In this document: piece by piece, positions 34,092 through 49,846 of the stretch
Position numbering within the stretch: position 1 is the first letter of the stretch
How the letters are laid out: each line of letters begins with the position of its first letter
Assembly (NCBI GenBank): GCA_907165135.1
Contig: OU015569.1
Coordinates: 5,580,001-5,644,000, forward strand
Length of the DNA stretch: 64,000 bases
Source: Oikopleura dioica
Lineage: Eukaryota; Animalia; Chordata
Direction of reading: 5' to 3'
Made by a program: the position numbers and the translations under genes
Notes under the pieces: model-generated
Databases searched by the model: none
What the model was told of the DNA's origin: nothing
What the model saw: the letters and a program-made list of their open reading frames with translations, nothing else

Positions 34092-35536
34092 ATGATTAAC
34101 GGAAGTTCAGTTTTCCGTGGTCGCCTGAGATTTTGGTTTTTGAAAATAACAGTAGTGGTGTGTTGTAGAATGCAGGCTGGTCGACAGATCGTAGTTCAAA
34201 CCCGAAACTCCTCGGGTAAGCTGAAGGAGCTTGGTATCCGACTCAAGTCCATCCGAAACATCGAGAAGATCACCAAGACAATGAAGATGATCTCCTCCGC
34301 CAAGTTCGCCAAGTCTTCCAAGAAGATTGGTCCTGCTCGAGCCTTCGGAATGGGCGCCCAGTCCATCGATGCCGTAAGTTCGAAAAGCCACGATGTCGCT
34401 CTAACCGAAAATTCTTCTTGTAGAGCACCGAGGGAGCCCAGAAGGAGATCTTCGTTGCTGTCACCTCCGATCGAGGTCTCTGCGGTGCCCTCCACACCAC
34501 CATCTGCCGAGAAATCGAAGACGATATGGCCGCCTCCTCCGCCGCAGAGAAGAAGCTTGTCACCATCGGAGACAAGGGCCGAGTCTACTTCGCCGCCAAG
34601 GTATCTTTCAAAATTCAAAGCAACAATGCCGACGAATTATTCAGAACCCTGATGATCTCCTGCTCGAGTTCAAAGAACACGGCCGAAACGAACCTACTTT
34701 CGAGGACGCCTCCTTCATCGCTCAGCAGATCCAGGCCACTGGTTTCGACTTTGAAGCTGGTACTATCAAGTTCAACCAGTAAGTCGTCCTTCTTTCCATA
34801 AAATTGTTCAGCTGCAATCTTTTAGCTTCGCTTCTGCCATGAAGCAGGTGCCCACCAACGCCACACTCCATTCCGTCAACTCTTTGAGCAACGCTGACTT
34901 GTCCGTTTTCGATTCCATCGATGAGGCCGTCCTCTCTGACTATGCCGTAAGCAATAGTGTCTCTCTTCCGTTTCCTTACCTTCATTTTTTAGGAGTTCAA
35001 CATGACCGCTTTGATCTTCGCTTTGATCAAGGAGAACTACGTCGCTGAACAGGGAGCTCGAATGGTTTCCATGGACGGTGCTTCTAAGAACGCTGGTGAC
35101 ATGATCGAAAAGCTCAACCTCTCCTTCAACCGAATGCGACAGGCCGTAAGTACTCATGCTTTCTTCTTGGCAAACCATAAATGATTAATGCGTTAACATC
35201 AACGGTAGTTAATCACAACCCGTTTTCTGATCACGGCAATGGTTTCATGAGAGTCAGCAGGCCGGCGATAGGACTTCTGGGGCGGTTTTTCGTCCCAGTC
35301 GACCTTCTCTTAGCCGGGCGGTGTTAGACTGTTGCTAAATCGAAACTGGTCATGAGAGTTGTTAACGGCGCTGCCTCGCGCAGAATTTCCTGCCGTTAAC
35401 TTAGAATTGATCCAGACAGAGCTAACTAAAACTAAACTTAAACTATCTATGAAGAATACGAACGTTTACATCTTGGTTCTAGGTCATCACCACCGAGTTG
35501 TCCGAAATCATCTCCGGTATGGTCGCCATCGAATAA
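34092..35536 (+). CDS. ATP5F1C: Mitochondrial ATP synthase gamma subunit (start approximate)
   Basis: RLKSIRNIEKITKTMKMISSAKF, VTSDRGLCGA, EQGARMVSMDGASKNAGDMI, FNRMRQA, last exon VITTELSEIISG (35483-35536). Confidence 0.95.
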
Positions 35537-35740
35537 TTTCTCCTTTGCTCTGTCAACATGTGTCTCCCTCAACGAGTTCAAGAAGAAACAAAAAATTCTA
35601 TTTATTTGATCGGGTGAAAATTGTTCCCGGTTCAACTGTTCGCTAGGACAAATTTAACTTATTAAAACCATCTGGATTTCCCCCTAAATGACCCGTGTCA
35701 AATGTTGGTTCTGTTCTCAAAATAAAACAACACGTTCAGA

Positions 35741-37447
35741 ATGGCGTATATTTTCGTATCCGCAGGCTGGAACGCTAATCACTCAGGTAGAGACTCCCTT
35801 CTCTAAGAAAGGTTTCATCGAGCATTTTTTCAGTCGTGCAGTTTTTCCAGGATGACTCCGAGAACGCGCCAAGGGAGGCATTCTACCAAGAAAACAACAA
35901 ACCACGCATGATTTTGCTTGATAGAAAAGGCGCTGGCGCGATAGACGCCTTCGACGACGAAATTTCACCGAATGTCAGTATCGACTCTGATTACAGTAGG
36001 CTACACGCCGTGCCGGGCGCAAACCAACAGACTTTCGACGAGGAAAAAGACGGTGAAAAGCGCAATTTCACAGAGAGAACTGACGAAGAACTGGTCGAAA
36101 CGCAGATTGAAAATTGGGACGGAGGTGTGGAAGTTCACCGATCACAGAGCATGAAGTCGGGATGGTCTTCTAAGTGGAATAAGAATTGGACACAATTCAG
36201 ATACCCAAGTTTAGTCACGCTTCCTGAACTTCACAATGCAAGGTTGGTGTATATAAAATTATTCGTTTCATTGTTATTTTTCTTCAGTCCGCCAGAGTTG
36301 ACTTCCTACGCAGCGGGGTACGAGCGAGTAGGAGAAAGTAAATATCTAGAACAAGTCGAAGACGCTGTTCGAGTGATGGCGGAAGAGAGTGATCGAGTCG
36401 AAGGGTTTATTTATCTTGCGGATTGTTTTGACGGATTCGCTGGTGGCGTCGATAGAGTGATTGAGATGAACCAAGACGATTATCACAGACGCTCCTTGCT
36501 GTTCAGTTTTGACGAGCCGGAGCCAAAGGCAACACCCTTCTCCCTTGTCTCCAAATCACTCGCACTCCAATCACAGGCTGACCTCATCATCCCTCTTTGG
36601 TCACCACAATCAACATCTACCGACGAGCAGTGCACCGCTCTATCCTCCGTTATAAGCAACGTATGTCTCTTCAAATATATTTTGGTTAAAATTTGTCACG
36701 AAGGTTATGTACCTCCTCGAAGGGATCCACATTTCAGCAGTGCAACATCGACTGTCGCCCTTTTCAAGGCAAAAAATTGTCCAAACGATGTCCTTAAAAA
36801 CCAATCAGCCGATAAGTCAGATGCTGCAAAAGAAACCAGAAGAAATTGAGAGAAATCTCCATTGGATGGATTGGAAAGCGATTGCTCCTCCTTCTTATAA
36901 ACCGAAAAAGTCTTTCCAGCCGCGTTCTATTGTTAACGTTTGCTTAGGTTAGTGTTAAATGTTATGTATCTTAACGTGATAGATGTGCAAAAATGAATCC
37001 CTTCATATGAAATTAAAGGTCAAGTGTCACGATCTCAGTACAGGGACAGTATTGACAATGATTTATGCTGTTGGTACAATCGGCATTTGCGCTGCGCGGC
37101 CCAATCTGTTCTCATGCCGTCATCCTCTCAATCGATAGAGGAGGGAGCATCACTGATTTCTTTGAGAACCACGAACGCCATCCACGAATACTTAGCTTGC
37201 TTGCTTCAAAGAGTCAAGAAATTCCCCTACAAATTGAGTGGATTTGAAGGAAAGGCTTTCTTAAAAAAATATCAATGAGAAGTACACTTTTCAAAAGTTG
37301 TCTCCGTGGGATATAATCAAAAAATTTATTAAATACCACATAAGAAAGCTTTTTAAAGATGATGACTGGGCTGAAAAAGTCGAAAACCTGTCAGCATTAC
37401 GTGATCAAACAAGTCCAACGGATGACTTCTCTTCAGATTCTGACTAA
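35741..37447 (+). CDS. MSTO1: Misato (tubulin-like) homolog
   Basis: N-terminal AGWNANHS segment, PRMILLDRKG, EDAVRVMAEESDRVEGF...DCFDGFAG. Confidence 0.78.
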
Positions 37448-37707
37448 ATGTCGACGATCAAACTTCACATGTTTTATTTCACATGAGTGCCTCTTTCTTC
37501 ATATAATATGAATCATATTATACTGTTTCGTTTATCCAGTTTTGTTTAAGTGTTATTTGCGATTGTTAGAAAGTCAACCAGCTCTAGTACTCTCGCCAAG
37601 AAATTGTTTATTCTCGAGTTTTAGCTTTCCTTTAGTTCGCACTGCCTGACTGTCAGAAAATGTATTGTTTGTTTGTTTCTTCTGTATTCTCAATTTTTTC
37701 TTTTTAG

Positions 37708-40448
<2,741 letters not shown>

Positions 40449-40602
40449 GTTCATCTATTCTGTTTTTAAATGCTATTTAATCCTTATGACTCCACGTCGC
40501 TTCAACTGTTCGCATTAGTTTACTTATTTCCAGTGCAATACGAGAAATCATCTCAACCCTAACTCATCTAAATAATGATCTCTTCAGAAGCTATGACTCA
40601 AA

Positions 40603-42700
40603 ATGAGCGACAAAACGGAACACGATGATAGTTTTAAACGCACAGCCTCGGTAAGGAAGTCAAAACGAGTAGGTCGCCATCGAAAAGAAGACGAAAGCGG
40701 CGCAGTTTTTTACAAAAAAGCACCGCAAGATCATATCTCTGGCGCTCTCCAGTTGGGAATCACGCACTCAGTTGGCTCCCATACTGTCGACCGTGATGTT
40801 CTACTCCAGGACTTCGAAGTGATCGAAACTATCGCATTTCCAAAGGCCGGAACTACCCTGACCCCGCATCATACATTCGATGACTTCCGTTTCAAGTCCT
40901 ACGCTCCACTCGCCTTTCGATACTTTCGCGATATATTCAATATTTCCACTGAAGACTTTTTGCATTCGATAGGCGCTCGAAGCCTCATCCCGATCGGCAA
41001 TCCTGGCGCTTCTGGAAGCTGCTTCTGGATAACGCACGATGATGAGTTTATTGTCAAAACGGTTCAGCAAAAAGAGGCGAGCTTCCTCACAAAACTACTT
41101 CCAGCCTATTTTATGGCCGTCCATCAGAATCCCAAAACGCTCCTGCCAAAATTCTACGGTAACTTTGTTCGTGCTTCTTATCTCAAACTTTTATCAAGGC
41201 CTTTTCAATATTAACATTGGAGGACACAACATAAGAGTCTGCGTTATGAACAACTTATTGCCTCGGCGTGTGAAGATGCACCAGAAGTATGATCTGAAGG
41301 GCTCAACTTTCAAAAGGAAAGCGAGCAAGTCCGAACGCGAGAAAAAATCACCCACTTTCAAGGATCTTGATTTTGTGGATTTCCTCCCTGACGGAATCAA
41401 GCTAGAATTTGAATATTACGAAGCCCTGAAGCATACAATTCAAGCTGACACCAGGCTGTTGCACTCGTTTAAAATCATGGATTACAGGTATTATTTGATT
41501 TGGAGTCATTTTTAATCTTTTTCAACATTAGCCTCCTACTCGGAATTCACAATGAAACGCTTGAAGCTGAATCACGCGATAAGGAAGAAAAACAATCAAT
41601 TGATTCAGAAGGATCAACTGTGACACTTCGTGGTTCTAAAAAACGTAATTTTGAACGAATGTTTCGAAACTTAACTGAACGTTCAGCCCGAGACCGCTCA
41701 AAACATATTTCTTTAAATCCAACGACTCTTCAAAATATTCTTGCGAAGTCAACCCGTCCAGAACGATTCCAAATCGCAGCAGATCCCTGGGGCGGCATCC
41801 CGGCTACTAATAGCAACGGGGACAAATTGAAGATCTATCTGGGAATCATCGATATTCTCCAGTGTTATAAAAGTAAGAAAAAACCCTTCCGCCTCTCTTT
41901 CTAAATAAATATTTCTACTATTTTTTACTGTTAATCCCATAACCAAGATAAAAAATAAAAAGAGAACCCCCCTTCGTATGTACCCTCTTTGTTCTTACTT
42001 GTATCTAGCCATGAAGAAGTTGGAGCATGCTTGGAAAGCTATTATCTACGATGGCAAGACAGTATCGGTTCATCGCCCTGGATTCTATAAAAAACGCTTT
42101 GAGAGTTTTTTGTTCGGCACTGTATTCAGAAACTTGCCCATGACTGAATCACTTCGCAGGTAATGCACTGGCTGGGGTCATATTTTTAACGCGTTGTCTG
42201 AATAAAGGCTGAATGAAAAGGACAAGCAGAAACTGAAGCAACGCGCCAAGTTTCCGCCCAAGACTATCGCCGAGCACGATGCCGAAGTGGCCATGGACGG
42301 GAATCTCGGGGATATACAAGCCAAACTGACTGCCGAGCTGAATGAAAATATCAACTCTATTGATAGACGAAGAACATTCAAGGGCACAAACGTGATTCTA
42401 CCTTATTTCTTTTCAATTAGAAACTTTGCTTTTAGATACCTATAAAAAGAGACGACGCTGTCATCACTCCTGACGGATCCGGCGACTCCGCTGATCTCGA
42501 TGCCAAAGATGTCGAAGTAACTATTGCGGAAAAAGTCGAGGAGCCGCCTACAGTCAAAGTTCTCCACTGCTCGCACGAGATGTCCACCGATTCTGGTATT
42601 TTTAGTAAGCGAACTTTCTTGTGCAAGCATGCTTTTTAGAGCAAGTTCACAAATCAACCGACCAGATTTCCGCAACGACGCATTGAAACTACGCCTTCAT
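40603..42700 (+). CDS. PIP5K1: Type I phosphatidylinositol-4-phosphate 5-kinase (3' end approximate)
   Basis: [54 protein letters not shown]. Confidence 0.93.
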
Positions 42701-43301
42701 ATATTTACAGCAATACCTCCTATATTCCATTTTCTTTTCTTCCTGCTTCCACTTCCTATGTAATTATTTTTACTAATAAATGTTCGCGCTTTTTATTCAG
42801 AATTTCCATATTCCTTATTTGTCAACTATTTCCAATAAAATATCTTCGGATCAGATTAATCGCAGTCTACTTCTCCCTGTGCTCGGCAACCTTAGCCAGG
42901 ATCCCGAAAGAACTTTTATGAAAATCCGCAAAAAAAGTACGGGACTTTTTATGAGAGCTCTTTCAAGACCTTGACTCGGCTTTTCTACACAGATTGCGGA
43001 GCCCAGACTTCTCTTATTCAAAGTGTATAGATAACCGCTGTTGAACAACGTAAATGTAAGTTTAGCCCAGGGAAGAGTGAATCTTTATTTTTCTTTCGTT
43101 CAAGAATCGCATTTTCTTTTGTACCAAATGAATGAGCTGTTCGTTTTATTACTTATAATCTTCAGCAAGACTTCGCCTTACGATTTGACTGTCTTATATT
43201 CCAGTGTCATGTTAGATAAACAGAAATGATTGTTTCAAAGTAAAACTACTGCTTATATCTTCATTTTTGACAATAACAACGACAAGAACGCCTGATTAAG
43301 A

Positions 43302-45422
43302 ATGGCCGACGACGAAAGAACGCACTGTATATGCGGTTTTACACATACGACTCGGTTGATGATTTGCTGCGACAACTGCAATGTGTGGCTACATGCGGAG
43401 TGCTACGGGCTCGACCAAAAAAAGGTTAAAGAAATCGAGAAGAAAAACCTCGACTTTTTCTGCAACGAGGTAAGACTTTTATCTGTGCTTTATTGAACAG
43501 AAAGTAAAAATGTGCCTGAAGCACGTCTTGATTTTGATTGAACATCTCTCTGATCATCAGCAGGTTATTTGGCATGAGTATTTGCTATTATGTGTCACCA
43601 TGGGCAGGCGTGACTAACACGATGCGAATTTAAAGTTTTTAAGTGTCAACCGCGTACAGACTTGGACTTGGAGCGTGCGCAAGCGATTCAACGCCGGGAA
43701 GCCGCTAGGCAGGAAGAGAAAAAGGAGAAAAGACGAAGGAGACATCCGGCATCCGAGTCGTCAGAGTCGTCCGAAGAAGACGAGGAAACAGAAGGATCGG
43801 AGCGCAGATTCTCGAGGTATTTACTTTCTACACGTGCAGCGAGTGTTACTTTCAATAGGGAGGATCGTAAAGCCATGGAATACGAGAAACTCTTCGACAA
43901 GCTCAAAAAGGATGAAACTAAACGGCGGCGAAAGGAACGCCCGGAAAATGAATTAAAGGGCACCTCCGACGTCGAAGACGAGGAAAACGAAATAACAGAC
44001 GAAGAAGACGAGACCCTAAAAGCTGGGAGAGGCCGAGGTCGTCGCGGGAGGCCCCCCAAAGGAGCTGGCAAGAGCAAAGAGCCAAAAGAACTTCCCACTC
44101 GCAAAACTGTCAAAGGTACAACAAAATTCCAGACTTTTTGCTAATTGTTTTCTTCAGATGTCGAGAGCATACCGACAACTAGGAAAAAACCTGGTAGACG
44201 TCCAGGCAGACGTCCAGCCCGTGCGACAAAGACCGCAGAGGTCGAGACTCCTGTGCAGCCAGAGCCCATTCCTGAAACTGAAGAACCCGAGACGGAATCC
44301 GCTGATAGGTGAAAACCAATATTTCTTTATTTGTCATAAAACTTGATTATCAGCGGATTGGAAGACGAGGAGCCGATAATAATGTCGAGGTTCATCGAGA
44401 TTCCCGTCAGAGGAAATCGCTCGAGAAAGCGGAAGACGCTTGACTTCAGCTTATTTACGAGTGTTGGTGAATTTGGCAAAAACACACCGCAAAGTGATAA
44501 TATTTTAGCCTGGCGAAATGGCAATAACTCGAAAACTGTTGTTAGACCTGAGTTAGTCTCTTGCCATAAAGGCGTGTTTTTAGCTGATTTTAGGACTTTC
44601 TCGACGAGGACTGAATCGCATGGTGCGCACTACAGAAAACAGTGGTGCAAGCAGCACTTCGAGGCGACGAAAAATGTCCCGCTCGTGGAGGATATTGTCA
44701 AGCAAGAGCTGCGCAAACGTAACATCGACTTGTCCACTCTAGAGGGCCTCAATAACTCTGCAAATAGCGATAAAAATGGATCACTTATGGAAACACAGTC
44801 ACAAGGCGACGAAACAAGTAGTCAAGACAGTGAGCACTTGTCTATATAAAACACGCACTCCTGCTATTCCTATATCTGGTTATAGTTACTATTGTACTCT
44901 TAGGCGAATCCTCGGAGAAGCCCGTCGCACCTCCTGTCGATAAAAGCAATTCTATATCTGCTGCCGAGGCACAAGACAACGATGGGAAGAAAAAACTGTC
45001 GCTCTCTGACTATGTCAAAAGACAGCGTGAGAAAAATGCGAAAATCGCCGAAGAGCGCGCCAAAGAAGAAGCCGAGAGAAAACGACAAGAAAATAATCGA
45101 CTCAACCCCGACGCAGTTTCTGCGGTCCTACACAGCGCAGTCGATGCTGCGTCCAAGGTCAGTTCTAACTTGGAAACAAGGCGAAAATGAGTAATTCTAG
45201 GGCTCGAGAGTGGCAACGGTCACTCCGGAGGATCTCGACTGGCTGGCTCGGCTAGGGATCAATCTGCAGGCCGAGAACTCGCAGGATCTGCACCAAGTAG
45301 CCACACAGCTGGCGAAAGACACCGAACAAGTTCTGAACATATTCCGCGCGGCGAACATCCTCGCTTCCCTGACTGCGAGGAGACGTCTCTCTCGCCGCAC
45401 AAACACATTCGAAGATTTCTAG
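43302..45422 (+). CDS. PHD-finger protein related to KMT2E(MLL5)/SETD5/UpSET, no SET domain seen (3' end approximate)
   Basis: PHD CICGF..LMICCDNCNVWLHAECYG, NREDRKAMEYEKLF (cf. REERKMEAI) and KKKLSLSDYVKRQR (cf. KKVSLLEYRKRQ). Confidence 0.7.
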
Positions 45423-45630
45423 CTTCTCCTTTTTTTGACGACGCTAGCTTCTCCTATTTGTCTCCCAGTGAATCTTTTTCTATTCTTCGTTCAGATAAAC
45501 TCTTTCCCTACTGCCATTTATTTCATTTATTGCTCTTTCTTCTTTCCTTCGAAAAAATCAAAAATAAAATTCCGAGATATTCCGTAGCAAGTGTTCATTC
45601 GCTGCTTTTAGTAATTTTGACCGTGGCGAA

Positions 45631-46070
45631 ATGGCGTCACTGATGAACAAGCCGAAGGCCGAGCTCACTCCAGAGGAGCTTGAGGAGCGGGAGAAGCACG
45701 AATTCCAAACCGGGCCTCTTTCTGTTCTCACGGAATCCGTACGCAACAATACTCAAGTCCTAATAAACTGCCGCAACAACCGCAAACTCATGGGCCGAGT
45801 CAAGGTAAAAATTTTTTCGTTTCTTTTTTCAACCTTTCTCCCAGGCTTTTGACCGTCACTGCAACATGGTGCTCGAAAATGTGAAGGAGATGTGGGTCGA
45901 GCGACCAAAGACGTCCAAGGGAAAAGGTTACTATCGCTTCCGCCATTCTTATTGTTGATTCTCTTTCAGGCGGGCAACCTGTCAATCGAGACCGATTCAT
46001 TTCAAAGATGTTCCTTCGCGGAGACTCGGTCATCATCGTCTTGAAAAATCCGCTCGAAGCTGCCAAGTAA
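45631..46070 (+). CDS. SNRPD2: Small nuclear ribonucleoprotein SmD2
   Basis: [66 protein letters not shown]. Confidence 0.97.
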
Positions 46071-46845
46071 ACTCGCTCTCTAGCAAAGAAAATACTCCTG
46101 GTTATTACAGTCTGCTTTCTCAACATTTATCCTGAGTTTTGCGTTAAAGAATAAACGTTCCAACGCGGGGTTGGTAGAGCCGAAAATGATTAAAGAGAAT
46201 GAAATTTTGAGAATGAACAATCTTTTATAGTCAAATTTGTACAATCTAGTGTTACTTATGCAGGAATTCAGGCTAACTTATCGTTGAATAAGTATAGATT
46301 ATATTATTGCAGATGCTTATCAATTCCTTGGGCAATCTATATAGTGTGTTGACTAATTAAAACATTTTTTTATTAAAAAAGTGAACATAAAAGCACAGAT
46401 AAAGTGAGGACAGAGATTACCATTGTCGTCTTTTTATGATTGGTTTTATTGGAAATTTAGGAAAACGAACTAAATAAACATGAAAACATTTGTGATGCGG
46501 GTTTTTCTGTATTTGCCGTTAAATGTCTATTATGAAGGAGGTGCAGCCAGTTCCTCCTCTCGCCGATTTATTTTTGTTCTGGGCTTCGTGCCCAAAAGTG
46601 CTTTATGAATGGCGCTTGAGGCTACTAAGTAGATGCTTGATCCAGAAAGACAAAATCAAATTTGAGCAAACGATACTCAAGCTAAAATTTTTTCAATAAT
46701 TCTTGTTTTATGACGCTCAGCGAGCGACTAGCAAGAATTTATCTGGGAAGGAAACTCAGCGGGAAATGTTCTGAAATTAACGAAAACGAAAATCGAGAGT
46801 TTTTATAAAGAATGTTTTTGAAGAGCTTCATCGAAAAAGGAAAAA

Positions 46846-48700
46846 ATGAGTAGCAGGGAGAAGTCCACGCCGATTCAGACGCCGACAATTTACTCGGAAA
46901 TAGACGATGAAAAGTCAGACTCTGTTTTGATGTCGTCGCAGTCAGAAGCTTCTTCGGTCCGTTCAGGTGCTATAAATGTATTATCTTCCGCTTTCTAAAA
47001 GAGAGAAGTGACTCCGAAAACTTCGCTGGATCAGTCGCTTAGGACTATTCCTCAGGACTCCTTCGTGACGGACGGGAGAAGCAGGACAAAGTGGGACAAG
47101 AAAAATGAAAACGAAAACCTTTTGAAGAACGACGCATCGAACGCTACGACATCCGCTCTTGCTAATCTGGGCGAGTCGTTGTCCTCTTTTGCAACTCGAG
47201 TATTTTTGCAGATGTCACCATCAGAATAGGATCAAGCTTTAAACGCTTAATAAATTTCCCGCAGGAAATTTTCATTCCTATCTGATTTTCGAGCTTGAAT
47301 TCAGGCTCACAGACGTTCGATGCACACCGGTAATTTTACGGTTAATTTTACTCCTTTCAGTTCTGATTATTTTTCAAGGATTGTTCTTGCCTCGCAAAGC
47401 TCAACATTTCGTAACATGCCATGTTTTCGATTCATAATCCATCATATATGTTGATATGCAAATCGAAAACAACTTACAGCTTATCGAACGTCCTCTCAAT
47501 AAACGTGGCAAAATCGACATAGACATGGAGGTGTCTTCACATGACGCGGCAAAAGGTGAATCCCTTTCGAATTTAGAAAATAACAGAATTTGCGAAGAAT
47601 TCCCTAATCTGCTCAAGTACATGTACGGAGGAGGGCTCACGTTGAATCGCAGCAGTGCTCCCGGACTATTGGGATCAGGCTAGAAAATATTCTTGAAAAA
47701 GAAAGAGAATTTAATCGTCACGAAAAAAGTATTGATACAGCCTCTGAAAAGACACTTGCCGTCAAACTCGATATTACTTCAATCAAATCACTTTGCGACA
47801 GGTTAATACTGGACCTCATTGAAGATGCAGATTTGAACGATGCTCTCAAGGTGATATAAATGTCGTTAAATTAGTTCTATCAAGAACTTAGTGGCTTGAG
47901 TTCTCCGCAAAAAACGGCCTCGATGATCTTGCCATTAAATGTGTCGACGGAGTTATTGCCGACTTTTGTCAAGATATGATGTCTTCTTCTGGAACTGATA
48001 AGCTTTCAAAACAGGCGATGGTTCAATTGCTCAGATCGTCTACTCTTCTTGTTCCCTCTGAGTGGTTCGTTTTTCAGGAAAATTTGAAAAAGAGACTAAT
48101 TTTTATTCTTCTTTTGAAAGTTTCAAAACCCTACGTAGATGACTGAAAAATGGCTCTTAGAACAAGAGAAAACTTCCGACGACATTCTTTCAAAAAGGAA
48201 TCAAACACTTTAAAAACTCGATTCGGGGACAACGAAAGATTCCATTGAATAGCTATTGACGATGTTCTTGATCAGATTCGTTTCTATCAAATGTCTGGCA
48301 AAGAGCTGCTTCAAGTTGAAGAATCGGTACTCGGCAGTCGCTATTCGACAACCGTCCAAGTGTACCTAAACCAAGCATATCGCTACCAGATAATTGCCTC
48401 GGCCCGACCTCCAGACAGCTGTCCGACCTGCCAACCACGTGACTACACAGGCTCTTGCGTTTATGAATTATTTTATATCTTATGTAAAGTACTAGAAGCA
48501 GTCTAGACGTTTTGGACATTTGCGAGCCTAAACAGACACTTGCACTCAATTATTCTACCACCCCCGTTCAAGGGCAAAGAAATGGATTTCATCAGATGCA
48601 AAACTAGTTCAATCAACTTTTCCATTTCTTATTGAAAGCGGCAGAATCAGTCCAGAGCAGTTGCGGGAAATGGGAAGTTACACCAAGAAAATATTATGAC
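46846..48700 (+). CDS. BTB/BACK-domain protein (BTBD17/LGALS3BP-like tail; ends approximate)
   Basis: IVLASQSSTF, LLKYMYGG, BACK-like KLSKQAMVQLLRSSTLLVPSEWFVFQ, IRFVSMSGKELL...QPRDYT. Confidence 0.6.
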
Positions 48701-49846
48701 ACTCTCAACGTAGTTGTGGTCTTGAAATCCAGGTCTGGTTCTGACACTTTTCCGATTTTTCGCACAGAAAGCAGAATTCCTGAAATCACAAAATAGTGGC
48801 GAACCAAACATTTGAATCGGATGGGATGCACGCGTTTGGATATCTATTGTTATTTTCGATAGAGTGGGACGCCCTGCAATGCGACTCAGGCCGGTCCTTT
48901 CTAATAAAAAAAAGCTAAGAGTCAAATTCTTCGGGCTCAGCCGTAAACAACTTTTCTTTGTGATATACGATAGGACCCTAAAAATAAAGGCGCCGCCCGT
49001 TTCAAATTCGAGATCCTCTGCGTAGTATGTCGGTGAGTAGAAAGGAATAAAAGCAACTTATTGGAGTGAACGTGTTCTTCAGACAACTCTCGACGCGGAG
49101 CTTTTCGCCATCGACAACATTTTAAATCAGGATGATTATCAAGCGGCAATCACGCATACTGGCTCCAACGGACTGCAAATTGGGATGATACTTCGCATAG
49201 AACCCCTTTCCTTTGAAGGAACGGGCCGTGAAGTTTTCGTCTAGTAGATTATACTCGATCTTATCAGTTACTTTGATAATCAGCCCGTCCAAAGAACCGA
49301 GCTAAAATTATTCGATATCTGCCAATTAATAAATTCATTTTTACTTTCCGACGTCTGGTATTGGCAGTGTTCTCAATAGCCAGCACATATTATCGATACA
49401 GTTTTAAACTAATTAAAACGGACTCCGCTTTACCCTTGAAAAGACTCAGCATAATTCAAAGCGAGCTAATATATCCTGCTGATTTCTTCCACCGGTCTTT
49501 CTTTGCTCAGCCACCATTATCAGGTTTACATTTGAATTAGAGCCGCCTCTATCTATGCTGTGTCGCAGATTAAGCAAGTGACAAGTGCAGGTTTAGAGGC
49601 AATGTGTGCTCATATTCTGTGTTTACTGATCGTGAATCGCGCGCCTTAAAATATTTTGCTCTAGTGGTTCGCTGCAGCTTTAGAGATAGAATAATGTAAT
49701 CGACAGTTTAAAAGCCTTTCTGTGAATGAGCGCAGTTATTGGGAAAAGGGCAATTTGCTGGTCTTTTACGCCATCTAGAGACGTTTCACACTCAAAGAAT
49801 TCTTTCACACTTATCTTTTCTGTCGTCTGAGACTTGAGAGGTTAAA

